Assembly (NCBI GenBank): GCA_945831585.1
Contig: CAMACY010000004.1
Span: 2,830-66,829 of the forward strand
Reading direction: 5' to 3'
Source of the DNA: an uncultured bacterium
Lineage (GTDB): Bacteria > Verrucomicrobiota > Verrucomicrobiia > Verrucomicrobiales > Akkermansiaceae
DNA: 64,000 nucleotides
The notes beneath the pieces were generated by a model that made no database searches, was not told the origin of the DNA, and saw only the letters and a program-made list of their open reading frames with translations. The translations under genes and the position numbers were made by a program. This document shows, piece after piece, positions 1 through 8,409 of this stretch; within the stretch, counting starts at the first letter, position 1, and each line of letters starts with the position of its first letter.

Positions 1-1
1 C

Positions 2-823
2 ATCCTCTCGCTGGTGCAGAGCGGCGAGCTAACGCCCGACACCCTCGGCTGGCACGCGGGTTGCACGGGCTGGCAACCCCTGCGCGCGTTGCCCGCGCTC
101 TGCGATTTTCTCCGCGAGCCCGAGCCGGAGACAGAGGAGGAAGCGCCCCGGGCGGGAGACACGACGCCCGAAGCGGGGGAAACAGCGTCCGAGTCGGCGA
201 CCGCCGAGTCCTCCGGCGAGTCGCCGCAGGCGCTGCGGGTCATGGTGCCCGGCCCCGCGCCACGCGCGCTGGCGCGGCTTGTCGACATGGCGCTCTACGC
301 CGCCCTCTTCCTGCTGGGCTGTTCCCTGCTGCGCGTGCCGTTCTCGCCCCTGCTGCTGCCCGGCTCCCCCGTCTTTTGGCTGCCCTACCTGCTGTGTGAG
401 GCACTGCTGCTCCGGCTGTGGGGCACCACACCGGGCAAGGCACTGTTCGGCATCCGCATCGTCTGCGTCCGCCCCGAGGGCATCCGCCCCCCGAGCTGGG
501 GGCAGGCCGTGCTGCGCGTGCTGCTGGTCTTTGCCTGCGGGCTGGGGATGATGCTGTCCTTCCTGCCCCTTATCATGGGCGCGATGACCTGGTGGCAGAT
601 TCGCGAGCGTGGCGTGGCTCTGTGGGATGCGCGGCTGGGGCTGCTGCCCATGCTGCTCAAGCCCGTGTCGGCGGCGCGGCTGCTGTCGGGGGTTCTGCTG
701 CTGCTCTTCTGCGTACAAGTCATCTCGCAGGGCATGGCTCCCTGGGTCGAGCCCATGCTCGACATGATCAGCACCGAATCGCCCGAGCTGGGGGAAAGTC
801 TGCGCCGTCTCACCCGTCCCTAA
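2..823 (+). CDS. RDD-family membrane protein with N-terminal GYF_2 (DUF4339)-like segment; 5' end lies outside the window
   Basis: Frame is open from the window edge. It has a GYF_2-like 'GELTPDTLGWHAGCTGWQPL' segment, then RDD motifs 'RALARLVD' and 'TTPGKALFGIRIV' with hydrophobic helices. Confidence 0.7.
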   Translation: MLSLVQSGELTPDTLGWHAGCTGWQPLRALPALCDFLREPEPETEEEAPRAGDTTPEAGETASESATAESSGESPQALRVMVPGPAPRALARLVDMALYAALFLLGCSLLRVPFSPLLLPGSPVFWLPYLLCEALLLRLWGTTPGKALFGIRIVCVRPEGIRPPSWGQAVLRVLLVFACGLGMMLSFLPLIMGAMTWWQIRERGVALWDARLGLLPMLLKPVSAARLLSGVLLLLFCVQVISQGMAPWVEPMLDMISTESPELGESLRRLTRP

Positions 824-840
824 CACCGGGACGACCAGCC

Positions 841-869
841 GATTTTCCGCAGGTCGTCTGCGGAAAATC
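841..869. terminator. Perfect 12-bp inverted repeat; terminator or operator between the RDD gene and the ABC operon promoter
   Basis: gattttccgcag-gtcgt-ctgcggaaaatc. Confidence 0.55.
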
Positions 870-870
870 A

Positions 871-899
871 TTGCAGCTCACGGAGCGTTCTGCTACACT
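871..899 (+). promoter_or_regulatory. Sigma70-type promoter of the ABC exporter pair
   Basis: TTGCAG-17 nt-TACACT with an extended -10 TG; ATG is 9 nt downstream. Confidence 0.55.
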
Positions 900-908
900 G
901 TCGCCTAA

Positions 909-2750
909 ATGACAGAAACGGAACGACAGGCATCGGCAATCGCCGTTCTCAGCCCCATGGCGAAGCGCTACCTCCTCCCCTACCGAGGTTTGCTGCTCGG
1001 CGGCGTGCTCGGCGGACTCGTCGCCGCCGCCGCTGCGGGCTTCGGCCTGCCGACCATGATTCAGCATGTGTTCCCCGTGGTCTTCGGCACCGCCGAAGCG
1101 CCGCCTGCCATCGCCGCTTGGCTGAGTGCCCACTTCAGCCCCGAACAAATCCCCCTGGTCACCCTCTGGCTGGCGGCGCTGTTCATCCCCCTGCTCATGA
1201 TGCTGCGCGGGCTGAGCACCTACATCAACGGCTACCTGCTCAACAAGGCCGCCATGCGCGGCCTGCGAGACCTGCGCTGCGACACCTTTGCCCGCCTACA
1301 GTGGCTCTCCTTCTCCCACCACGACCGCCGCACCCGCGGCGAGCTCATGAACATCGTGCTGGGTTACACCGCGCAGCTGCAACAAGGCATGGTCACCGTG
1401 CTCAACGACCTCGTCATCCAACCCCTCACCCTGCTCGCTGCGCTCGCCTACCTTGTCTACGCCGCCCTCAACAGCCACGAGAGCGCCATCCTCATGGGCA
1501 ACCTGCTGGTCTCCGCCCTCGTCATCCCCCTGGTGCGCTGCGTGGGCAAGCGCATGGTCAAGCACACCGCTGCGGCACTCGAAAAGCTCAACTCACTGAC
1601 CGCGCATGTGGAGGAAAGCCTCAACACCCAGCGCGAAATCCGCGCCTTCAACCTCGAAGAGCAGCGCGAGGCACACCTGCGCGACCTCATCCGCCACTTC
1701 AACCGCCTGCAGCTGCGCGTGGTCGCCTGGAAACAAGCGCTGGGGCCCTCCATCGAAATCGTCAGCGCCCTCGCCCTGGCCTACTCCCTCTACCGCGGCT
1801 GCAGCGATGGGCTCACCCTCGAACAATTCAGCGCCATCGCCACCGCCTTCTACTTCTGCTACGACCCCATCAAAAAACTGGGCGACATCGTCAACCACTG
1901 TCAGATCATGGCCGTCGCCGCCGAGGGGGTCAACAGCATTTTGGAAGCCCGGGACGAAACCCCCGAACCCACCGAACCCCTCGCCCTGCCCCGCCCCACG
2001 CCCGGCAGCGTCCGCTTTGAACATGTCTGCTTCGCCTACACGCCCGACAGCCCCGTGCTGCGCGACATCGACGTGCACATCCCCGCCGGGCAGATTGTCG
2101 CCCTCGTGGGACCCAGCGGCAGCGGCAAGACCACCTTCATCAACCTCATCTGCCGCTTCTACGATGTCGATACCGGCTGCATCCGCATCGACGGCATCGA
2201 CGTGCGCCGCCTGAGCCGCGCCGAGCGCACCCGCGCCATCGGGCTCGTCTCGCAATTCTCCGCCCTCTTCAACGACAGCATCCGCGAAAACATCCGCCTG
2301 GGACGCCCCGAGGCCGATGACGCCGCCGTGGAACGCGCCGGAGCGCGGGCGCGCGTCAACGAGTTCACCGCCGGCACCCCCGAGGGCTACGACCGGGAGC
2401 TGGGCGAGGGCGGCAGCGGGCTGAGCGGCGGGCAGCGCCAGCGCATCTCCATCGCGCGCGCCTTCCTCAAAAATGCCCCCATCCTCATTCTGGACGAAGC
2501 CACCTCCGCCCTCGACATGAAGAGCGAGGCGCGCATCCAAGAAGCGCTCGACGAGCTTGCCGAGGGGCACACCACCTTCATCATCGCCCACCGCTTCAGC
2601 ACCATCCGCCGCGCGCAGCGCATCCTCGTGTTCGACAGCGGGCGCATCATCGCCGACGGCACCCACGACACGCTCTACGCAAGCTGCCCCCTCTACCGTC
2701 GGCTCTACGATGAACAGGTCAACCAAGCAGCCCCCTCCCCCGCATGCTGA
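909..2750 (+). CDS. ABC exporter, fused permease/ATPase (MsbA-like)
   Basis: N-terminal TM domain, Walker A GPSGSGKT, signature LSGGQRQR, Walker B ILILDEATSALD, H-loop IAHR. Confidence 0.9.
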   Translation: MTETERQASAIAVLSPMAKRYLLPYRGLLLGGVLGGLVAAAAAGFGLPTMIQHVFPVVFGTAEAPPAIAAWLSAHFSPEQIPLVTLWLAALFIPLLMMLRGLSTYINGYLLNKAAMRGLRDLRCDTFARLQWLSFSHHDRRTRGELMNIVLGYTAQLQQGMVTVLNDLVIQPLTLLAALAYLVYAALNSHESAILMGNLLVSALVIPLVRCVGKRMVKHTAAALEKLNSLTAHVEESLNTQREIRAFNLEEQREAHLRDLIRHFNRLQLRVVAWKQALGPSIEIVSALALAYSLYRGCSDGLTLEQFSAIATAFYFCYDPIKKLGDIVNHCQIMAVAAEGVNSILEARDETPEPTEPLALPRPTPGSVRFEHVCFAYTPDSPVLRDIDVHIPAGQIVALVGPSGSGKTTFINLICRFYDVDTGCIRIDGIDVRRLSRAERTRAIGLVSQFSALFNDSIRENIRLGRPEADDAAVERAGARARVNEFTAGTPEGYDRELGEGGSGLSGGQRQRISIARAFLKNAPILILDEATSALDMKSEARIQEALDELAEGHTTFIIAHRFSTIRRAQRILVFDSGRIIADGTHDTLYASCPLYRRLYDEQVNQAAPSPAC

Positions 2751-4540
2751 ACCGCACGCTCTACTTTCTCCGCCGCTTTCTGCTGCCGCAGTGGCTCTAC
2801 TTCGGCATTGTCATCCTCACGGGGCTGGTCGCCGCCGCCTCCAGCGGGTTGGGTATCCCGCTGATGATTAAATTCGTCTTCCCGCTCGTCTTCCGCAGCC
2901 CCGGCGCGCCGCCCGAGCTGCTCACCCTCTGCCCCGCGCTCGAGCACCTCGCCCCCGCCACCATCCTCCTGCTGGCCTGCGGCAGCCTGCCCGCGCTCTT
3001 CCTCATCCGCGGGGTGGCGCAGTGGAGCAACGCCTACATGGTCAACTACCTGGGCATCCGCATTCTCGAAGATCTGCGCATGACCATCTTCCGGCGGGTG
3101 CAGGAGCTCCCCCTCTCCTTCCTGGAACGCGAGAAAAAGGGCGACATCCTCAGCCGTATCACCAGCGACACCGCCAACGTCCAGAACATCCTCGGCACCA
3201 TCGCCAACGACCTCATCAAGCAACCCATCACCTGCGCCAGCGCCTGCGCGGCCTTCATCTACCTGCTCTTCTCCACGGGGCAGGGGCTGCTGCTGCTCGT
3301 CAACATCCTCCTCATCGCGCTGGCCGCCTGGCCCATCATCATCTTCGGCAAGCGCATCTCCAACCGCGCCCTGCAGGCGCAGCGCAGCAACGGCGCCCTC
3401 AACAGCGTGCTGCAGCAGAACCTCGAAACACAGCGCGAGGTGCGCGCCTACGGCATGGAAGAACGCCAAATCCGCCAATTTCGCCGCGTCGCCGACGGCA
3501 TCTGCACCGCCATCATCAAGCTAGTCAAATACCAACGCGGCATCATCCCCATCATCGAGACCGTCTCCTCCCTCGCGCTCGCCTTCCTGCTCGTGCGCGG
3601 GCGGCAAGCCGGCATGAGCCTGCCCGACTTCATGGCCATCGCGGGCGCGCTCTTCTTCCTCTTCGACTCCATGAAGCGCGCCGGCAACGCCTACAACCGC
3701 TTCAACGAAGCGCAGGGCTCCCTGCACCGTCTCGCCGAAATCCTCTTTACCCCCAACCCCCTCCGCGACCCCGAGCAGCCGCAGCACCTGTCGCAGCCCG
3801 TGCGCGGCGAGCTCGAGCTGCGCGGCGTCAGCTTCCGCTACAGCCCGGAGGCTGCGCCCGCCCTGCGCGACATCGACGTGCACATCCCCGCCGGGCAAAT
3901 CGTCGGGCTCGTGGGACCCAGCGGCAGCGGCAAAAGCACCTTTGCGGGACTCATCCCCCGCTTCTACGACCCGAGCGAAGGCAGCGTACGGCTCGACGGC
4001 ACCGACATCCGCCGCATCACCCAGCACGAGCTGCGCGAGCACATCTCGCTGGTGGGGCAGCAAGCGCTGCTCTTCAACATGAGCATCCGCGAGAACATCC
4101 TGCTGGGCAAGGCCGACGCCACCGACGACGAGCTGCGCCGCGCCGCCGAGGCCGCCGCCGTCACCCCCTTCCTCAGCCAACTGAGCGGCGGGCTCGACAG
4201 CCCCGTCGGCGAGGGCGGCAACCAACTGAGCGGCGGGCAGCGCCAGCGCGTTGCCATCGCCCGCACCTTCATCCGCAACGCCCCCATCCTCATCCTGGAC
4301 GAAGCCACCGCCTCGCTCGATGCCGAGAGCGAGCACGACATCCAGCAGGCGCTCGACCGCCTCGCCCTCGGGCGCACCACCCTCATCATCGCCCACCGCT
4401 TCAGCACCATCCGCGCCGCGCAGCGCATCCTCGTCTTCGAGCGCGGGCGCATCATCGCCGACGGCAGCCACGATACCCTCTACGCGAGCTGTCCGCTCTA
4501 CCGCGAGCTCTACGATCGGCAGGGCATCGCCGAATCCTGA
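2744..4540 (+). CDS. ABC exporter, fused permease/ATPase (MsbA-like), second paralogue
   Basis: GPSGSGKS, LSGGQRQR, ILILDEATASLD, IAHR; overlaps the stop of the first paralogue. Confidence 0.9.
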   Translation: MLNRTLYFLRRFLLPQWLYFGIVILTGLVAAASSGLGIPLMIKFVFPLVFRSPGAPPELLTLCPALEHLAPATILLLACGSLPALFLIRGVAQWSNAYMVNYLGIRILEDLRMTIFRRVQELPLSFLEREKKGDILSRITSDTANVQNILGTIANDLIKQPITCASACAAFIYLLFSTGQGLLLLVNILLIALAAWPIIIFGKRISNRALQAQRSNGALNSVLQQNLETQREVRAYGMEERQIRQFRRVADGICTAIIKLVKYQRGIIPIIETVSSLALAFLLVRGRQAGMSLPDFMAIAGALFFLFDSMKRAGNAYNRFNEAQGSLHRLAEILFTPNPLRDPEQPQHLSQPVRGELELRGVSFRYSPEAAPALRDIDVHIPAGQIVGLVGPSGSGKSTFAGLIPRFYDPSEGSVRLDGTDIRRITQHELREHISLVGQQALLFNMSIRENILLGKADATDDELRRAAEAAAVTPFLSQLSGGLDSPVGEGGNQLSGGQRQRVAIARTFIRNAPILILDEATASLDAESEHDIQQALDRLALGRTTLIIAHRFSTIRAAQRILVFERGRIIADGSHDTLYASCPLYRELYDRQGIAES

Positions 4541-4608
4541 AAAGCCTCCTTGCGCCGCACGCGCCCATCTGCTACAATCTCCCCCGTTACCAAACCTCTC
4601 CCTCACCC

Positions 4609-5907
4609 ATGGACAAACTCATCGTCGAAGGCGGTCACAAACTGCGCGGAACCCTCAACATCAGCGGTTCCAAAAACGCCTCTCTCCCCATCCTCGCGGC
4701 CGCCCTGCTCACCGACGAGCCCGTGCGCATCTCGCGCGTGCCCGATGTCTCCGACACCAACTACATGCTGCAAATCCTCAGCCAGCTGGGCGCCTCCGTC
4801 GAGCGCTCCAGCGGCACGGTGCGCATCGAATCCCCCGACGGCATCTCCTCCAGCGCCTCCTACGACCAAGTGCGCAAAATGCGCGCCTCCATCTGCCTGC
4901 TCGGGCCCATGATGGCGCGCATGCACCGCTGCACCCTGCCCCTGCCGGGCGGCTGCGTCATCGGCGACCGCCCCGTCGACCTCCATGTGCGCGCCATCCA
5001 GGCGCTGGGCGCCCGCGTGCGCGTCAAGGGCGGCAACCTGCTCATTGACGCGCCCAACGGGCTCATCGGCACCACGGTCGACATGCGCGGCGACAGCGGG
5101 CCCACCGTGCTGGGCACCGACAACCTCATGATGGCCGCCGTGCTGGCCAAAGGCACCACCGTCATCGAATCCGCCGCCCGCGAACCCGAGGTCGTCGACC
5201 TCGCCGACTTCCTCAACAAAATGGGCGCGCGCATCGAGGGCGCAGGCTCGCGCACCATCACCGTCCACGGCGTGGACAAACTCCACGGCTGCGAGCACAC
5301 CGTCATTCCCGACCGCATCGAGGCGGGCACCTTCATGGTCGCCGCCGCCATGTGCAGCGAAGAAGGGCTCACCCTCAACCGCATCTGCCGCAAGCACCTG
5401 AAGGCCATTGCCGACCTGCTGGTCGAGTGCGGGCACAGCGTCGAGTTCAACGAGGAGGGCGACAGCGTGGTCGTCAAACCCGGCGCCCACCCCCGCAGCG
5501 GCAAGATCCTCACCAACCCCTACCCCGGCTACCCCACCGACATGCAGGCGCAGATGACCGCCCTCTTCGCCATCACCCCCGGTATCAGCGTGGTGCGCGA
5601 CACCATCTTCCCGCAGCGCTTCATGCACTGCTCCGAACTCAAGCGCATGGGTGCCAACATCAAGGTCGACAACGGCACCGCCATCATCACCGGGGTGGAG
5701 GGGCTCTCCGCCGCGCCCGTCATGGCCAGCGACCTGCGCGCCAGCGCCGCCCTCGTCCTCGCCGCCCTCGCCGCCGAAGGCACCACCGAAATCCACCGCC
5801 TCTACCACATCGACCGAGGCTACGAGATGCTGGATGAAAAACTGCTCTCGCTCGGCGCTCGCGTACGCCGCGTGCTCGACACCGAAGCCCCCGACTTCGA
5901 GAGCTGA
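4609..5907 (+). CDS. murA: UDP-N-acetylglucosamine 1-carboxyvinyltransferase
   Basis: MDKLIVEGG start, SGSKNASLPIL, LPGGCVIGDRPVDLH (catalytic Cys), PYPGYPTDMQ, SDLRASAAL. Start set at ATG 4609, not at the ORF-track 3022. Confidence 0.96.
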   Translation: MDKLIVEGGHKLRGTLNISGSKNASLPILAAALLTDEPVRISRVPDVSDTNYMLQILSQLGASVERSSGTVRIESPDGISSSASYDQVRKMRASICLLGPMMARMHRCTLPLPGGCVIGDRPVDLHVRAIQALGARVRVKGGNLLIDAPNGLIGTTVDMRGDSGPTVLGTDNLMMAAVLAKGTTVIESAAREPEVVDLADFLNKMGARIEGAGSRTITVHGVDKLHGCEHTVIPDRIEAGTFMVAAAMCSEEGLTLNRICRKHLKAIADLLVECGHSVEFNEEGDSVVVKPGAHPRSGKILTNPYPGYPTDMQAQMTALFAITPGISVVRDTIFPQRFMHCSELKRMGANIKVDNGTAIITGVEGLSAAPVMASDLRASAALVLAALAAEGTTEIHRLYHIDRGYEMLDEKLLSLGARVRRVLDTEAPDFES

Positions 5908-5930
5908 ACCCCTATCCTCCCCCCCCTGTC

Positions 5931-5970
5931 GCCCGCTGCCCCAGCCCCGGGACAGCGGGCGGCGATTTTC
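5931..5970 (+). terminator. Probable terminator hairpin after murA
   Basis: gcccgctg...cagcgggc stem, followed shortly by tttt. Confidence 0.45.
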
Positions 5971-6066
5971 AATAAACCGGCAGTCAAGAGCTAAGAAAGC
6001 TTTTCGTCCAACTTAAAGTCAGACCTTAAATGGGACGAACAGAGCTTAGCGCCCTCCTGCACCGCC

Positions 6067-6111
6067 AAAAAAGCACCCACTCCCCCGGGACGGCGGAGCG
6101 GGTGTGAAAAA
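6067..6111 (-). terminator. Rho-independent terminator of PEP-CTERM gene 1, related to those after genes 2 and 3
   Basis: On the minus strand: acacccgctcc...ggagtgggtgc-tttttt. Confidence 0.7.
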
Positions 6112-6127
6112 GACCGATGAGCTATGT

Positions 6128-6817
6128 TTAGTGGCGGCGGCGGCGAGCAGCCAAACCGGCCAGAGCCAGCAGACTCAGCGTCGCCGTAGCGGGTTCCGGA
6201 GCAACAACCGCCCCGCGAGTGATGGAAATGGTCGTCGTTGTACCGGAGGGAACGTCGACCGTGCCCACGTTCGTCAGCGTTGCATAGTTGAACGTGCTGA
6301 CAATGTTGGTATCGCGCTTGGTGTCGAACGTCACCGAGCTACCTTCGTTGGAGCTAAACTCAATGTAGGGAGTATCCGCATCGGCATTGTAGGTGAGGGT
6401 GAAGCTGAACGTCCAAGGCGCCGAATCGGCCGGCTCCGTGTAAACGACATTGGTCATGCCATACCCCCAACTGTTGGTGCCGATTTCCACCTTCTTATTG
6501 GTCGTACTACCCACATATATCCCGAACTGATCTTTACCCTTAGGATTACCATACGGATCGGATGTACCGAGCAACCCCGTACCCCAAGAATTGGCAAAGG
6601 AAGGAGCCGTGGTGGTGACGGACAGGCTGAAGCTCTCGCTTCCCAGCTCGATCCCGGCATCCGCCAGCGTCAGCGTGAAGCTGCCCGCAAGGGTCGTCGT
6701 GAAGGTTTCCGTCTGGTCAGCATAACTCGTCGTCCGAGTCCAGTCAGCCGAGGTTGTCTCCGCATAGGCGCAAATGCTGCTCACGGCAGCCGTCGCCAAC
6801 ATAATTGTTTTTTTCAT
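6128..6817 (-). CDS. PEP-CTERM sorting-domain surface protein 1
   Basis: Signal peptide MKKTIMLATAAVSSICAYA, Thr/Ser-rich body, C-terminus VAPEPATATLSLLALAGLAARRRRH. Confidence 0.9.
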   Translation of the reverse strand: MKKTIMLATAAVSSICAYAETTSADWTRTTSYADQTETFTTTLAGSFTLTLADAGIELGSESFSLSVTTTAPSFANSWGTGLLGTSDPYGNPKGKDQFGIYVGSTTNKKVEIGTNSWGYGMTNVVYTEPADSAPWTFSFTLTYNADADTPYIEFSSNEGSSVTFDTKRDTNIVSTFNYATLTNVGTVDVPSGTTTTISITRGAVVAPEPATATLSLLALAGLAARRRRH

Positions 6818-6924
6818 GATTGTATTTCTTTTTTGATGTTCCGACTCCCGGAGCAAGTCGCCCTCAGAGCACGCATCGCGTGGATGTTTTTACCGGCGCA
6901 GCTCGGCAAAAAAACCTGCGCGCA

Positions 6925-7180
6925 GGATTGTAAGCATTCTGAATGCTGTAGTCAAGGATTATTTCATGAAAATATCATGCATCGCCTAACGCATTGTTTA
7001 TCAATGCGATATATGCTATAAATCATCTTCATCATCGGGCGCCGTTGCCAAGACACATCGAATCAAATTCACAGAAATTCTTTCGCGCCGCAAAAATCCA
7101 AGCACTTGATTTATTTGCAAACCGCTCAATATAAGAGCCTTACAAAAAGAGAGCTACAGCATTCAGAATGCTTACAATCC
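6925..7180. promoter_or_regulatory. Putative invertible promoter segment 1: 27-bp perfect inverted repeats (6925-6951 and 7154-7180) around a 202-bp AT-rich segment
   Basis: ggattgtaagcattctgaatgctgtag is the exact reverse complement of ctacagcattcagaatgcttacaatcc. Both repeats carry the -10 TACAAT. The -35 TTGACT is complete only on the left (6950-6955, minus strand); the right has AGAGCT. Confidence 0.75.
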
Positions 7181-7285
7181 CCGGCGTGAGGGTTTCTGCC
7201 GAGTTGCGCCGGCAGGGACATCCACAAGGATGCGGGAGGGCTCATGCTGCTTTCTCTGCTCGACAACCATCAAACAAAAAATATC

Positions 7286-7948
7286 ATGATGAAAAAAACA
7301 ACATTGATTTGTGCGGCAACCCTCAGCAGCGTTTGTGCCTATGCTGCAGACATCGTGACCACGATCGAACCCACCGCGTTTGTGAACGGCACCGCAACGC
7401 TCTCCGAGAACTTTGCTCAGACCGCCACCGAGTGGAGCATCGAGACGACGTTTACCTACAAGACGGACACGAAAATGGGCTATTGGGGCACGACGATTCT
7501 GTCTACCGCATCGAACCTGACACAGGACAGCTACAAGGGAGGGTTGCAGGTGTATGCTAGCAAAGATGGGAATCTCGTCGTTAAAGGCTGCGGCTTTGAC
7601 AACGGCACCTCTGGTACAGCCCTGGGCAGCACTCTGACGGCAGACAGCGGCTATACCGTTGTTCTCGATGTGGTGTACAACGACACAGAGAAGAATTATA
7701 CCACATCACTGACCTTGAAGGGGTCTGACGGGGTTAAGATTGGAAACACGGCGACATCGACCTACACCTTCCAGGAAAGCAATGTGATCTCCCATCTTTA
7801 CACGGCTTGCGGTCAGGGTGCGGCAACGTCTTGGAGCGCTCCCTCGGTGACGCTGAAGACGTCGGGCGTATTGGTTCCCGAGCCCGCGACCGCGACGCTG
7901 AGCCTGCTGGCGCTGGCCGGTCTGGCGGCGCGCCGCCGTCGTCACTAA
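7286..7948 (+). CDS. PEP-CTERM sorting-domain surface protein 2
   Basis: Signal peptide MMKKTTLICAATLSSVCAYA; C-terminus VPEPATATLSLLALAGLAARRRRH. Confidence 0.9.
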   Translation: MMKKTTLICAATLSSVCAYAADIVTTIEPTAFVNGTATLSENFAQTATEWSIETTFTYKTDTKMGYWGTTILSTASNLTQDSYKGGLQVYASKDGNLVVKGCGFDNGTSGTALGSTLTADSGYTVVLDVVYNDTEKNYTTSLTLKGSDGVKIGNTATSTYTFQESNVISHLYTACGQGAATSWSAPSVTLKTSGVLVPEPATATLSLLALAGLAARRRRH

Positions 7949-7951
7949 GGA
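7872..7951 (+). repeat. 80-bp direct repeat identical to 9164-9243 (PEP-CTERM anchor coding sequence)
   Basis: tggttcccgagcccgcgacc...cgtcgtcactaagga occurs twice, 1292 bp apart; the downstream terminators are also nearly identical. Confidence 0.9.
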
Positions 7952-7973
7952 ATATTTTTCTCTGTATTTTTCG

Positions 7974-8008
7974 CACCCGCTCCTCCGCCATGGGGGAGCG
8001 GGTGTTTT
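7974..8008 (+). terminator. Rho-independent terminator of PEP-CTERM gene 2 (possibly bidirectional)
   Basis: cacccgctcc-loop-ggagcgggtg-tttt, preceded by T tracts. Confidence 0.75.
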
Positions 8009-8099
8009 GCGCAGGCGATCGCGCAGGGGGGGGCTGCATGTCGCTTGCGGCAAACGACAAGGCGCCATCCGACTGAAGCCCGCCCATCTACCATCCATC

Positions 8100-8335
8100 A
8101 GCTTTTGGAATGCTGTAGTTGCCTGCATACTAAAGATTCACAATCAATATATTGCAGATATTGTAGTATTCAATTTTAGCGTGTCCGGCTGCGTTGTGTG
8201 CGAGCGCTGCTCGTCGCGCCAAGAGAAACTCAGAAAAGAATAAAGAGCCATAATATACTGAGCATGAAGGAGTCGTGAAAAAACCAACATTCTTGACAAA
8301 TCATCCTTGACTACAGCATTCCAAATGCTTAAAAT
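8100..8335. promoter_or_regulatory. Putative invertible promoter segment 2: 19/20-bp inverted repeats (8100-8119 and 8310-8329) around a 190-bp segment
   Basis: The reverse complement of the left repeat (actacagcattccaaaagct) matches the right repeat (actacagcattccaaatgct). The right end forms TTGACT(8307-8312)-17-TAAAAT(8330-8335) facing gene 3. Confidence 0.7.
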
Positions 8336-8409
8336 GCGCTGCGGCGGCGTTATGCCTGCTTAGGGCAGGTGCCCCCTGCACACGGACAACATCATCTCAG
8401 CATTCTGTT

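Noticed and set aside
3022-4608. N-terminal extensions of murA (from 3022), waaA (from 58957), GT4-A (from 37610) and mreB (from 40676) in the ORF track
   Set aside because: They overlap other real genes. Family homology starts at the internal ATGs used here, so these are not fusions.
6003-6039. dif site or integron attC site
   Set aside because: Poor match to the XerC/XerD 11-6-11 consensus. RYYYAAC (gtccaac) is present, but there is no matching GTTRRRY end and no integron integrase.
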